A DNA stretch of 64,000 nucleotides from the human T2T-CHM13v2.0 reference genome, Homo sapiens, in the NCBI RefSeq assembly GCF_009914755.1, contig NC_060926.1. The stretch is one strand, 5' to 3'. This document shows positions 13,940-29,840 of this stretch, piece by piece (within the stretch, counting starts at the first letter, position 1; the number at the start of each line of letters is the position of its first letter). The notes beneath the pieces were generated by a model. That model saw only the letters and a program-made list of their open reading frames with translations, made no database searches and was not told the DNA's origin. A program made the position numbers and the translations under genes.

Positions 13940-14590
13940 AGACTTGACACAGGCTTTGCTTAAGAACCTCAAATTAATAAAATTTCTGCTGGTGTATCTG
14001 TGAGTGGGCAGGGGACACATTAAAAATTCAGGTCATTTTTAAGCAGTTTTCAAGCTTTTACTTTTTACCTGCATTCCCTCTGTGTCTTGTGTACAGCCTC
14101 ATGGTTGACCATGAGTGTGTGGCTACCTTGTGATGTCTTCAGTCTCTTCTGCACAAACACACAGATAACCAGAAATATGCTTGCCCCAATCAGAAAGGCA
14201 ATCTCAGGCTACTAAAGCCACCCCTTGCCCACTGCCAAGATGGTCATTTCCAGACCATCTTGGATGTGGGTGTCCTCCACTGCTCCAAATGAGGCAAGCC
14301 CCTTTCATGGTGGCAGTGAAGCTGCTGGACCACATGGTCCACCTGCCCTGGCAGAACATTCCCTTCACCTCTCTGGGGAGGGGAAATGGAAGCAGCCCCA
14401 GGCAAGAATGCCACAGAATCCCACTGTTAGTAGTTTTTTTGTGCACAAATGCTTCTTAGATTGTTAGATTCCTTTGATCAATTTGCAGGGTACTGAAATT
14501 GTTGTTTCTGCCAATTTTGTTCAGTTTTATAGTTGCTTTTTGAGAAGAGGATTTTTTGACCTCTTCACTTGGCTGTAGCCAGAAATCTCA
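13940..14590 (-). mobile_element. Old L1 5' region remnant
   Basis: AAATGCTTCTTAGATTG...CAATTTTGTTCAGTTTTATAGTTGCTTTTTGAGAAGAGG resembles L1M 5' ends. Confidence 0.55.
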
Positions 14591-14969
14591 CTAACAGAGG
14601 CTGGGGGCACTGAAACCCATCTCCTTCAGGACAATTGGAAGCTTCAGTATTGAATGAGGCCTTTTAGATCCCAAAGGCTGCTCTCACCTCACTTATTATA
14701 GAGCAGAGTTGCACAATACCAGTTTGTTTGTGATGCCATTCTAAGGAAGCTTAGTTAATGAAATGGTAAAAGACCTTCACCAAGGGGCATTTTTCTCAAC
14801 ACAGCAATCCTCAGTGGAGACTTGTAGGTGGTGTTCCAATGTATTAGTAGATATATTTTTGTGTTTTAACATTCATGACTTGAAGTTTTACAGTATCCCC
14901 AAGTAAGAGATGGAAAGCAAGATTTTCCATGACCACTTAAAACTGGCATAACTGTGTTTTTAAACAATG

Positions 14970-15135
14970 ACTAATAATAACACATGTTAAGTGCTTAGGT
15001 ACTTGGCATTGTACTAACTGTTTCCCCTACATTAACTTTGAATTAGGTATTATGATCAGCCACATTTTATAGCTGGGAAAGTAACCTACTAGGAGTTGCT
15101 ATCCAATAACTGGTCTTTGAAGCCAGAAGTCCTTA
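14970..15135 (-). mobile_element. MIR fragment
   Basis: AATAATAACACATGTTAAGTGCTTAG...TAGGTATTATGATCAGCCACATTTTATAG. Confidence 0.55.
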
Positions 15136-16439
15136 TTAATATACTCTATGGCTTTGTGGCCTGGAAGTGACCTTTCACAACTAATCAGAAGAAGGATGGT
15201 GAGTCATGCCCATTTCAACATTAAAGAAATGAACAAGGAGACAGTGTTTATACCCAGATCAGACATTAAAAGTATAACTATCTTGGTATAACTAATTCAT
15301 CCCTAAGTGCTTGACTAGAGCCGTTGATGATGACTTTAAGCAAGCCCAGCCCCTGAAGTGGTCCACACTGAATAGGATTGTGGGGTTGGGGAGGAAAGCT
15401 CCTCCAGGCACAGCACCTCCTGCCTGTGGGTAAGCTGAGCAATCTTTCCTCATTTTAACGACAAGAAAATTGAGGCCTAGAAACATGAAATGACTCTTCC
15501 CTAAAGACCCTGAAGGCCTAGTTCAAACACCACCTCTTCCCTGATGCCTTCCCTGTCTCTCAGTTACTCTAGTGTGATTCATATGCTTAGTGCAGAGAAC
15601 CTGCTCTGGTTGGCTGAATGGTTGATTCTCATGAGGTAGGTTAGATCGAAGCCATAACTGAGCAGCTACCTGTGGCCAAAGAAAAACTGCTTTACCACAT
15701 GAGTGCAAGGCACGGCGGCAGCCCATTCTGCTTCTGCAGAAACATCTCAAACATGGAGCCTTCGAATTATGAGCATACTCTTCCACTTACATGGCCATAT
15801 ATAATACTTTCTTCCTTTTCCTCTCTCTCCAGCTCATAGAAATATTGAGACAAATCAGATTATGGGCTAAAATAAAAGCTTCCCCAAACTGAGCCTTACC
15901 TCATTGTGGCATTGGAATGAGAGAAGTTAGCCCTTCCCAATCCTTCCCTTTCTGGCTCTTCACTCCATTTTTGAATTGAGAATGGGCCATTATGGGCATC
16001 TTTTCGAGGATGGAAAAAGCCCAGGGAATGAGAGAGGGCAAAAGCAAAGAATAGGCAGAAATAGTTTTGTCCATAAACCTTTTATGTCTTCCTAAATGGT
16101 ACATAATGTGGAAGAGGCACCCACACTTTGTCCATGTGTGTTGCAAAGTATGAAGGTCAACCAAGGTGGTTTGTGCCTTGAGACAGAAACAAATTGGGCA
16201 AAAATACAGTTACTTAAAATGAAGTCTGAGTTGGATGGGTCAGTAGCAAGGAGTCATTGCAGAAGGAGAAACTTAAAGTCAAATATTGTTTCGTAAAATG
16301 TTTCAGGAATAGAGGCTCATTGGGTGGAGAATGTTCTGGATGAAATAGCAAGAGAAGGGTGCACTTGTCCAGGTGCCAGCAGCACATTTCGGATTAAAGG
16401 ATTACAAAATATCTGGGTTTTGGGTGGGGGGAATGCATA

Positions 16440-18150
16440 ATATAGTTGGATCTTATGTTTTTGTTTACCCAGTCTGAAAATCTCTGCCTTAAATTGACCT
16501 ATTTAGACCATGTACATGTAATATGATTATTGATATGGATGGATTTAAATCTATTATCTTGCTACATATTTTATATCATCTGTTCTTTGTTCTCTCTCAT
16601 TTTCCATCTTCTTTTGGATTAGTTGAGCATTTTTAAATAATTCCATTTTATCTCCTTTGTTGATTTATTAGCTAAAACTCTATTGTGTTTTAATGGTGAT
16701 TGCTTTATGATTTAGCCTATCACAGTCTATCTTCAAGTAATATTATGTCACTTCAATAATAGCATGAGAAACTTACAACAATATATTTCTATTTCTCCTC
16801 TCCCAGCCTTTGTGCTATCGATGTCATACATTTTATACATGTTTAAAAGTACACAATATAATATTATTATTATTATTTTTTTTTTTTTTTGAGACGGAGT
16901 CTCGCTCCGTCGCCCAGGCTGGAGTGCAGTGGTGTAATCTCGGCTCACTGAAAGCTCTGCCTCCCAGATTCACGCCATTCTCCTGCCTCAGCCTCCTGAG
17001 TAGTAATTGTGGGACAACTTAAAAAAACCCCAATGTACGTGCAATTACTGTCCCTAAAGGGAGTAGGGGACAGAAAAAATATTTAATAAAATAATGGCCA
17101 AAATTTTGCTAAATTTGATGAAAACTATAAAGACACAAATTTAATCTTTCCTGTAGGTTCTCAAGCATATGAAACATAATTATAATAACTGTTTTAATGT
17201 TTTTATCTACTAATTCTATCATTTGTGTCATTTTGGGGTAGGTTTCCATTAATTACTCTCCCCTCATATTTTTCTCCTTCTTTGTGTGTCTGGTAATATT
17301 TAACTGAAGGGCAGACTTGAAGTTTACCTTTTGCGTTTTGGATATTTTTATATCCCTGTAAATATTGTTGAGCTTTGTTTTGACATGCAGTTAAGTTACT
17401 TGGAAATAGTTTTTCCCTTTCAGATTTTGCTTTTAAGATTTGGTAGGTAGGACTAGAGCTTTGGGTAGTCTAGTGATAATTTTGTCCCACTACTACCCTA
17501 CTGTCCTACCCAACGATATATGCTCCACCAATACCCACTAACTTGACATTCACTCTTTCATCCAACAAGTGTTTATGGAGTGCATATGGGGTACCAGGCA
17601 AAACTCTTCTAAGTTCTCTATCTGATACTCCGTGAACCATGAGGTTTTTCACACTGGCTGGTGGGAACAGAAACTTTCCTGGCCCTGTGTGAGCTTAGAA
17701 GACTGTTCCCTCTAATGCTTCTGGGTAATACGCACCTGGCTTCTGGTAGTTTCCTTATATCCACATGCTGATTAATACTCAGTTGAAGACTTGTGGGAGC
17801 CTCCCTGCAGATTTCAAGAGTCTTTTTCATGTGCAGTTTTTTGGTCTTCAGTACTCTTCCCTGAAAACTCAGTCACCTTGGCCTCCCTGGACTCCCAGTT
17901 TCATCTACTCAACTCATGGAGATTATGGAGCCCCGCCTGGCTTCCCCTCCCTGTGCTACAGCTTGGACCCTCTCTGAAGGCAGTAAATTGGGGCACGTTT
18001 GTTTGTTTTTCCCTCTCAGTGATCCCTGTCCTTCATTCCTTGATGTCCAATGTCTTGAAAACATACATTTTGTTCAGTGTTTCAGTCTTTTCAAGTGGGT
18101 GGATAAGTCCAGCCTTGTTACTACATTTTGGCCAGAAGCAGAAGTTCATC
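16440..18150 (-). mobile_element. Old L1 (ORF2 start to 5' UTR), rearranged
   Basis: CAGTCTGAAAATCTCTGCC...ATTTAGACCAT; 5' UTR-type GAGGTTTTTCACACTGGCTGGTGGGAACAG and CCAGAAGCAGAAGT end. Confidence 0.75.
16875..17003 (-). mobile_element. AluY, 3' ~130 bp only
   Basis: GAGACGGAGTCTCGCTC...AAGCTCTGCC...CACGCCATTCTCC; ends abruptly. Confidence 0.92.
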
Positions 18151-18524
18151 TGTGTTTCTGGATGTGTTCCATCCATGAGGCTCACTCTGCTTGGTTTTGA
18201 GTGAGAAACAGATGAGGTTTCTTGACTCTATGGGTAAAGAACCTCAACACCCACTGCTAAGCAGGGCTAGAGAACACAGGTGCTTACATGAACAGGCCTG
18301 GAAACCTATTCTCTGTTCTATTTCTAATCTCAGTGATCTGACTGCTTCTCCAAGCCCAAACTAGCTTACTTGGCTCTTATTCTATATCTTGTTATAGCTT
18401 CTGGTAAACCACATTTATTTAACATTTTCCTCGTCCTCCTAGAGAGCAGAAAATCTCTTGCTAAAACCAGTCTCTACTGTCCTATGCAACAATATATACC
18501 CCATCAATACCCACTAGCTTGACA

Positions 18525-18645
18525 TTCACTCTTTCATCCAGCAAGTGTTTATGGGATGGCTGTGGTGTACCAGGCATTCTGCTAAATATTAGGAATATAA
18601 TTGTAAGCAAATGTAGACACTACCCCTGCTTGCATGGAGTTATTT
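18525..18645. mobile_element. L2 3' fragment
   Basis: CATTCACTCTTTCATCCAGCAAGTGTTTAT...GTACCAGGCATTCTGCTAA...CCCTGCTTGCATGGAG. Confidence 0.7.
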
Positions 18646-20858
18646 TAGATGTTTTCTCATCACAATAATCAATAAACATTGAATTTTACACATTTGGCCT
18701 ATCTGATTCTAAATATAACCATAATGATTACTGTATATAAGCACTTTACTCTCTGTTCCATTATTTAGTACCCTCAGTTGGAGTGAGACCCTGAACATTT
18801 AAGTTAACTTTAAAGACTGTTCCAAACCATGGCATTTCCTGGGCATATCAATTTACTGCAAAGGCTATCGGGGCTCAGTTATCCAATTTTGCTCATAGAT
18901 CTTGAACTAGAAACTGGGTTTCCTTGTCTAGTTCCCATGTTTTGAAAAATCCCCACTGAGCTTTAATTTCACCACTCAGGATCTGTTTAGGCATCTACTC
19001 AGAAAAGCTGTAACATGAAAGGCCATCACTCAGTCATTGAATTGAAACAATAAATAACTCAGCTGATACCAGCCATTTCTTGGCCTTGTCCCTCCACCAA
19101 GCTTGTGATTCCTAGGGTGGAAAGTTTGAGTCCTTATTTTCTTTTTTTCATTCCTTTGTCCTGAACCATCACAGCCACCTCACACCTACCCCACCCCCTA
19201 ATATGCACCCACTTATTAGGAAGGAACATTCCTACCCCACTCCTCCTATTACCTGTGAGTTGATGTCTTCTTGAGCAGTACTCCTGGTCTGTTACTATCC
19301 CTTACTCACTCTTCCGCAGGCTACATGATTCATGAGTGACAGCAATTTGTCCATGTCCTCCACTGGGAGGATCTAATCTGTTAAAAGCCTCTAAGCCCTG
19401 AAGTATCAACCTCTCTTCTTCCCTGTCTGCCCCAGGCCAGTGTGAAGTACGATCTTGGCTTAGAGGGTATGCTTGCAAACGCATGCTTCTCCTAAGTGGA
19501 CTTTCCACTGGATCTGGGTGTAGGGATGTGTGTGATGGAGTGATGGAGAGTGTGTTAGCAAGCTAGCTTGGGTTGATTACCTATGCCACATCCTCCATCC
19601 TAGTTTTTATCAGTAATAAATCTGCCCTGTTGATCTCCAGCTGCTGATCCCTTCATCTACCATTCAGTTGAGTCTACACTCAAGAAAAGAAGGAAGCATT
19701 TCTCCTGGAGTCTTACCTACAAGTGGACAGGTGACAAGTGGCAGTAACTGGACAGGGAAAGATCGCTTACACAGGTGACAACCACTAGGACACATGGTCT
19801 GCATGAATGAATGAGGGGAGTCAACAAAATCCAGTGCCCCTGACACTGAAAGGCAGCAATGCACACACAAAATGAGCCCCTTGTTTGCTGGTGGCTGCTC
19901 ATCCTCACACTTGCTCTGAGTTGAGGACAGGGGTGTGGATGGCGGGGACGTTGGGAGTTTGGACGGAGCAGAGATGGAGCTGCTATCCAGGAAACATCTT
20001 GACCCTGTGATCCCACTCTGCACTTACAGGCTCGGCTTCCTGGATGCAACATGAGGGATTCTGTGTGAAAAGTTAAATACAACTTTTGGTTTAGTGTTTC
20101 TGGACAGGAAGTGCAGTTTGAAAGTGAGGAAGATGAAAAACATATTGACAAAGGAGACACAATCATGAAAATTGAGCCCAAGGGAAAACCAGAGCCTTTA
20201 TTCTGAACACTGAGAAGACTATTGAAGGTATGGTGTTTTGTGGTGATGGTTGTTTCTGGTTTTGTTTTAGGGCAGCCTGAAACAGGATGTGATGCAGGAC
20301 TGGAACAATCCAAACTTCAGTTTTCTCTGAGCAAAACATCACCCTTGACCTAGGGAGAAACTGCAGAAACAGAGTATTTAACGATTTCTTATAACTTTTG
20401 CTGCATATGCTGGGGATGGCTTTTTCATCTTTAAATACCAGCACATTAATTTTATTTCAAACACCAATACTTGAAGGCTTCTGATGGTAATGGAGGTTAA
20501 ATGGCTTTCATCTGTCATGAAAGACAATGGGTTTCTTTTGTTGATAGCCTTATTGCCTGCTTTCTGTATGTCCACACTGCAGAGTGTGTGTCACAGAGAC
20601 CTAGAAACAAACACAGTTCTCCTGTTTCCATTTGGAATCTATGTGCCGTTTCCCTAGTTCTGTGCATGTGCCCAGTTCCTCATTAGCCCTTCACACAATG
20701 AGCCAACACCAATTCATACTCCAGACGTGAATCAATAACTTTATAGCCTTGGTTCTTAAACTTTATACCTTGGAAAATGTCAAATATATACCAAGCCAGA
20801 GAGGAATCTCCCACTGAACCGCCACGTGTCCATAAGCAGCATCTACAATGACCGTCTA

Positions 20859-21267
<409 letters not shown>

Positions 21268-21599
21268 TGCAAGGACTCTTTAAAACTACCCAGAATACCA
21301 TGTTCACACCAAAAATCTTAACAATAATTTCTAACGTTTCAAATGTCTTCATTGGATTGTTTTGAAGCAAATGACAGGCATCCTAACATTTCATCAATTA
21401 ATAATTCAGTCTGTCTCTCTCTAAAAGACCTACCTTTTTTTTAAGGCAAAATCACAATATCATTATCATGCTTTAAAAAACCATTAATCCCTAAAATAAT
21501 CAAATGTTCAGTCAATATATACATTTTCCTGATGTTCTCATAAATGTTATTTTAAAGTTGAGTTGTTTGAATCTGGATTCAAATTAATTAATTAATTAA

Positions 21600-22150
<551 letters not shown>

Positions 22151-22339
22151 TTGAATCTGGATTCAAATAAATCTATGTGTTGCATTTGATAGGTAGGTCC
22201 CTTACATTTCTTTTGATTTGTGTGTTCTCCTTCCCTCTCATTCCATCAAATAATTGATTTGTTGGAAAACATGTCCATAGTTGGATTTTTAAAGATTACA
22301 GTCCAATAGTGGTTTTTTCCCCCTTATCTTACCTTTATT

Positions 22340-22526
22340 CTTTTTATTAAAGAAAGCTTTATTGAGGCATGCTTGACATACAATAACTGCACATATTTAA
22401 AGTATATCATTTGATAAGTGTTGACATATATATGCACTGAAAAACCATCAGCAACAGTCAAGGTAATGAAAGCATATGTCACCCCCAAATACAAGGTAAT
22501 GAAAGCATATGTCACCCCCAAATACA
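22340..22526 (-). mobile_element. L1MB-like 3' end fragment with 33-bp tandem duplication
   Basis: AGCTTTATTGAGGCATG...ACTGCACATATTTAAAGT; perfect repeat 22459-22524. Confidence 0.8.
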
Positions 22527-22529
22527 TGT

Positions 22530-22650
22530 AGCTCTCTGAGTTTGGGCACACGCTTAGCTTCTCCCTGACTCAGTTTCTTTTCTGTAAAATGAGTGCATGT
22601 AAAGGATGAGTATATGGAACTAGATGATCTTTAATGCCCCTTGCTTGTCT
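22530..22650 (+). mobile_element. MIR fragment
   Basis: TTGGGCACACGCTTAGCTTCTCCCTGACTCAGTTTCTTTTCTGTAAAATG...ACTAGATGATCT. Confidence 0.75.
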
Positions 22651-23187
22651 AAATATCTATTAATCTTTCCTCTTTGGCTCATCACTCCATCAGATATTAG
22701 GAATAGATACATGTGAGCCCAAAGTTTTAGCTCTGTAAATAAAATCCACAGCTGAAAGCTATAGGTTAATTCAGTTTTTTGTATCTCATAGGTCTTTTCT
22801 TTAATTAAAAGAAAATAGGAGGCTCTCTAGCTGCTTTCTCTCCAGTATACCAGAAAGATGTATAAATTGGTTACTCATTGCTGAAAACTGGCATATTTCT
22901 ATTTCAGTTCTAGCATCGCATGGTTTCCACCCTGAGCCTTTTCGAAGCATTGCCTTTTTTGAAAATAGAGTGAATGTAACGTGGGTTCACGACCCTGGAG
23001 GCTCTAATCATTCTCCAACACAGGAAAGCACAGAGACGAAGAATCAAACTCCTCCCAGTGAGAAGTTCAGGTGGTGCTGATTTTAAAACATTCAAGGGAT
23101 GATCAAAATGAACACAGCAGGAGAGTATGTAAGGCCGATGAAACAGAAGCCAAGGCTGTTTGAATAAAGTGATATTTATATATATTA

Positions 23188-23616
<429 letters not shown>

Positions 23617-23933
23617 TTAGTAATATAGTGGCTTGTTTATTTACTCACACACTTGGTGCCAGGTAGCTGGTAGGTCTAGGAATACTAAAATACACAATCC
23701 ATGGCCACAAGGAACTCATTTTCTTAAGGTGGATAAATGTGTACTTGAATCTCTAAAAAACTAAGCAACCTGTACTTCGGGCTCAGTTTACCTCCCTGAG
23801 AGGGTTAGACTTCAAGATCTCAAAGACAAAATACCCAGACAATTCAGATGGAAGCTAAAAGCTTCATTTTATTGCAACCTTGAGCATATCTGTCTTTACT
23901 GTAAGGGTCTTTGATTCAAAGATGTCACATTGA

Positions 23934-24249
<316 letters not shown>

Positions 24250-24539
24250 TCATCCATCCATTCATTTATCCATCTCTTCATTCATTCATTCATTCATTCT
24301 TCTAGTGCCTCCAGCCTTCTGGAAACAGTTCCGTCTCCCTGGAAATCTTTTCACATTGTTTCCCTGCCTAATTTCTACTCGTGTTCAGATGTCAATTTAG
24401 GCATCTCTTGCTCTGGGAGGCCTCTCTGACCTCTAAGTCTTAATTAATACTCTTCTTGATTCACCCATCACCACGCTGGTCAAGTGCCTGTTACTCCTTA
24501 GTAACCACCCAACTGCACCATGCAGTAGGAAAGTATTAA

Positions 24540-24998
24540 TAATTGCAGGCTATATCACTTAGCTGTTTCTGCATTTTAAAAAAATCCCCAAGTGAATGCC
24601 TTAGAACGACAACCGTCTACTGAGCTCAGAACTCTAGGCTGGTCGGCTGGTTCTGCTGTGTGCTGGCCTGACTGGTCTTACCGGGATCACTCATGATCTG
24701 TGGTCAGCTGGGAGCTGGGTGATCTAGGGGCCTCATCCCGGTGGCTCGGCTCTGCTCTGTGTGGTCTCCCCACCCTGCAGTCAGGCCTGGGAGTGTTCTC
24801 AAGGAGGTCATGTTCCAACAGAAGCAGAATGGCAGCTGCAGGCCTCCTGAGGCCCTGGCTCAGAACATGCACTGCCTCCCTCAGGCTGTCTGCTGGTTCC
24901 AGGTCGCAAGGTCATTTCAGATCAAAGGGCTCAGGAAACAACTTCACCTGTTGATGGGAGAAGATGCAAAATACTGTGGCCACTTTTGCACTCTACAG
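24540..24998 (-). mobile_element. MLT1 (ERVL-MaLR) LTR, old subfamily
   Basis: GGGATCACTCATGATCTGTGGTCAGCTGG...CACCTGTTGATGGGAGAAGATGCAAAATACTGTGGCCAC. Confidence 0.6.
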
Positions 24999-25112
24999 CT
25001 CTGATTTAAAAACCGAGATTGTATTCCTCAGGGAAAGAGCTGTGCTTTGTAAAATAAGGAAAGGAATCCTCAGGGAACTGTCACGATAGGCTGGGATGAG
25101 CAAAGAGAATTA

Positions 25113-25558
<446 letters not shown>

Positions 25559-25769
25559 TCAAATACCTTCCAGCGGATCTTGACCAGAGTTTCCCTGCAC
25601 AGCCAGGCCTGGGACACTTGGGAGAAAAAACGGAAACGGAAGTATCAGGCAACGTGACAGGAGGTGGCAGAGGAGACTTGAGGACATCCAGGAACCTACA
25701 CCTGTGCTGCCCCTGATTTGTTCCTTTAACACAGCCAGTTTTGGGGGACATTTCTGGATTCTATATTTT

Positions 25770-26400
25770 TGCTTTAAGCAGTGCTGTCTTTTTTGTCTTA
25801 TCATGCAAAATCTCAAACATGTACATAAGTAGGCAGAACCTCATAAATCCTCATGCACTCAAATCCCTGCTCCCACCATGTGTAATTCAAGGCTCTCTTG
25901 CTTCATCTGTGCACCCATCTCCTGCCCACCACATTGTTTGAGGCAAATCCAGGATCTCTTCTCTGTAAACATTTCAATATATCCTTCTAAAAGAAAGGCA
26001 AATATTTTTAAAATGTGTAAACACAATACTGTTATTACAACGTTAAAATTTGACAATGGTTCCTTAACATAATCAAATATCCAGTTAATGTTCAAACCTC
26101 CCATTGTCTCCATAATAAGGTCTGAACATTGCAAGTGATTGATGTTTGAAGTCGTTAATAGAATGACCCTCTGATATTCCCGCCCCCACTTCTGTACTTT
26201 CTAATATACTTATTGAAGAAACTAGGTAATTTGTCCAGAGTTTCCCGTGGTCTAGATATTGTGAGTGGCAATTTTTTGCAGCCATTTAACATGTTCATCT
26301 GTCTCCCGGATTTCTTGTCGATGGGTGATTGTATCCAGAGGTTTGATTCACTTGTTTTGAGAGAACAATTTCATAGGTGATGTTAAGGACTACCCTGTTT
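25770..26400 (-). mobile_element. L1MC/ME-like 3' UTR
   Basis: GCAAATCCAGGATC...AAACACAATACTGTTATTACA...CCTTAACATAATCAAATATCCAGT. Confidence 0.65.
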
Positions 26401-26500
26401 TTCTCAATTTTATTTTCAAAATTCTTACCCTATGAAGGGGTGCTGATAAATGCTACCCCTTTTATTTTCAAAGATTTTCCCCCCAGATTCATGGCTTTAA

Positions 26501-27131
<631 letters not shown>

Positions 27132-28439
27132 TGGTTTCTTGAATAAATAAAATGTTCACAATCTTTTCCTCCCAATTAATGAACGATTTTTAGCTTTTCC
27201 GCGTTAAAATAGGGAGTGAAGAATACACATGATTTTTGAAATGCCACAGCAATAAATTTCCAAATCAGTTTAGTTTGGAAGAGAAATCAGTGTGCATGTG
27301 ATCTAACTTCCAGCACTCAGCACTAAGCCTTTATGAGAAGACCTCGGGAAAGGTCCAACACACTGGTGTGAGCAGTTAACTGGAAACCACTGGTTAAAGG
27401 GAAAGAAAACTGCAGCCACAGGGAGATGTGGATACTGGCCAAGGAAAGAGTGAGAGAAAGACGCTTGTCAGAAACTTCTGGCATCCAATGTCAGCATCAG
27501 CCATCTAAACAAGATATTTCTGTCTCTGTTGGCCATGAGTAAATATTCGGGTTAGCTAGCAGCTATTCATGAGCTTATTGTTAGTTAAGAGTTAGAAACT
27601 TAGACATGGCATGTGTTTGTAAACACATGTGCGGTCATAGTTTACATCATCTCTTTAAATAGAATCGTGTTCCCTATCTGAACTATGCAGCCATGAAGGC
27701 TGGGAAAGCAATCCTTTTTTATTCTGCACTTCAAGTAACAATCTGAAAAAAAAAAAAATTCCATGACTTTGGAACTGGTTCTAGCACCAACTATGAAGAG
27801 AGAAAATGCAAACTAGAGCAGCCCCTTCTTATCAAAATTCCCATGGATGTGCACCTAGCAGCGTGGAGCTGTCCTCTGGAGAAAAGGCCAGTCTAACTGT
27901 CGTGCCTATATATAGAAGCCAAGAAGAGAAAGTGATCCGTGGGCCTTGATCTGAAGGATATCAGAAGGCAGTCCTGAAATTTAATATGCCCTCAGCCTCT
28001 CCCTCCGGGTCTCTTTGTTTGATTTTTATGAGAATCTGTATGAGGGCTCTATCTCATTCTCTTTTTTCATTCTTCTTTTAAAAGAAACTATAGTATTGTC
28101 TTATTTTTAGGATATAGGAAGCAATAGGCAGAGGTGGCTTCCATGGAGAAGCAGTAAAAGGCTGCATTTTAACTTGATACTATGAAAGTTTGGAAACTAA
28201 TGACACTGCTGTTTGATCGCTGATTCCTGCTTAAAACAGCCCCAGATTAGGTGTGGTGCAAATGAAAATGCCCTCCAGCCACCTCTACTCCTGCCAGCCA
28301 CAGTTGGAGGGTGGAGTGTACAGAAGAATTGTAGGGCAGTGGAACTCTGGGCTGGGAGCCTGCATTCCTTGACCACGAACCGGATGTGTGAGCTGGACTT
28401 GGGTTTCCTCTGTCGTAAAATAGGGGGTTGAACCAGGTA

Positions 28440-28505
28440 CAGTTGGCCATCCGTATCCACAGCTTCCGAATCCAGATTCCACCCACTGCATATTGAAAAT
28501 ACTCA
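28440..28505. mobile_element. MER2/Tigger-type terminal fragment
   Basis: TA-CAGTTGGCCATCCGTATCCAC...TTGAAAATACTC. Confidence 0.6.
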
Positions 28506-28507
28506 GA

Positions 28508-28869
<362 letters not shown>

Positions 28870-29111
28870 TCACCTTCAGGAGAAGCAGACACAGCCTGAC
28901 CATGGGTGAGGCCCACGAGTAGGAGAGAAGAGTTGTTAGAACCTCCCTTCCCCTCCATTCCCAGTGTTTCCCTGCTGCACTCCACCGTGCAAACCGTGTG
29001 GTTTCCATGCTGCTTCCATGGTAGCAGCAAACCGTGTGGTCCTGCTGAGAGAGTAGAGAAATAGGTCACAAAACAACTAGGATTCATCCATCTGCCCCTA
29101 CAACTCTGGCA

Positions 29112-29307
29112 TGTGTTGAGTTGAATCGTGTCCCCCAAAATTCCCTTGTTGAAGTCCTAACCCCCAGGATCTCAGAATGTGGCCTTATTTGGAAATAGTG
29201 TTATTGCAGATGCAATCAGTTAAGATGAGATCATACAGGAGTAGTATGGTCCCTGGTCAGTCCCTACTCCAATATGACTGAAGCCCTCATAGGAAGGGGA
29301 AGTGTGT

Positions 29308-29358
<51 letters not shown>

Positions 29359-29592
29359 CAGGACACTGTGTAAAGACTGGAGTTCTGCTGCCAAAGCCAA
29401 GGAAATACTAGAAATGAGGGAAGACTCCTGGAACACATCCTTCCCTAATGCCTTCAGAGGGAGCCTGGCTTAGCCGACACCTCAGTCTTGACTTTCTGGC
29501 CTCCGGAACCATGAGTCTCATTGTTCATTCCCATGGTTCTAAGCCACCCAGTTTGTGATGCTTTGTTACAGCAGCCCTGGAGAACTAATACA
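29112..29592 (+). mobile_element. MLT1B/C solo LTR with internal (CA)n
   Basis: TGTGTTGAGTTGAATCGTGTCCCCCAAAATTC...TAAGCCACCCAGTTTGTG...AACTAATACA; (CA)n at 29310-29356. Confidence 0.9.
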
Positions 29593-29689
29593 AACTTCAA
29601 CCCATTTTGCTTGACTTCCTGTGAAAGCCAATGTTTTTCTGAAGACAGAAGAAACTTCCAGTGCTGCAGGAAACACCACCACTGACTAA

Positions 29690-29840
29690 CAGTTTAACCA
29701 CTCTAAACCCCAACTTCCTCATCTGTACAAAAGAGAAGACAGGGCCTACTTGATGGAATGGATGTGAGGATAAATGTAACCTTGACCGTAAAGCATCTAG
29801 CCTAGGCCTGGGCACACTGGAAGTTCTCAGTAAATGGTGG
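29690..29840 (+). mobile_element. MIR fragment
   Basis: TTCCTCATCTGTACAA...GTAAAGCATCTAGCCTAGGCCTGGGCACAC...CTCAGTAAATGG. Confidence 0.7.

Noticed and set aside
19260-19660. Possible ancient LTR (AATAAA at ~19615)
   Set aside because: Could not match a family or find termini and TSD.
19717-20313. 198-aa minus-strand ORF
   Set aside because: Non-ATG start, Ser/Cys/Pro-rich, no recognisable domain.
21566-21583. Palindrome TTTGAATC-TG-GATTCAAA repeated at ~22151
   Set aside because: It is the Alu target-site duplication within old L1 3' UTR sequence.
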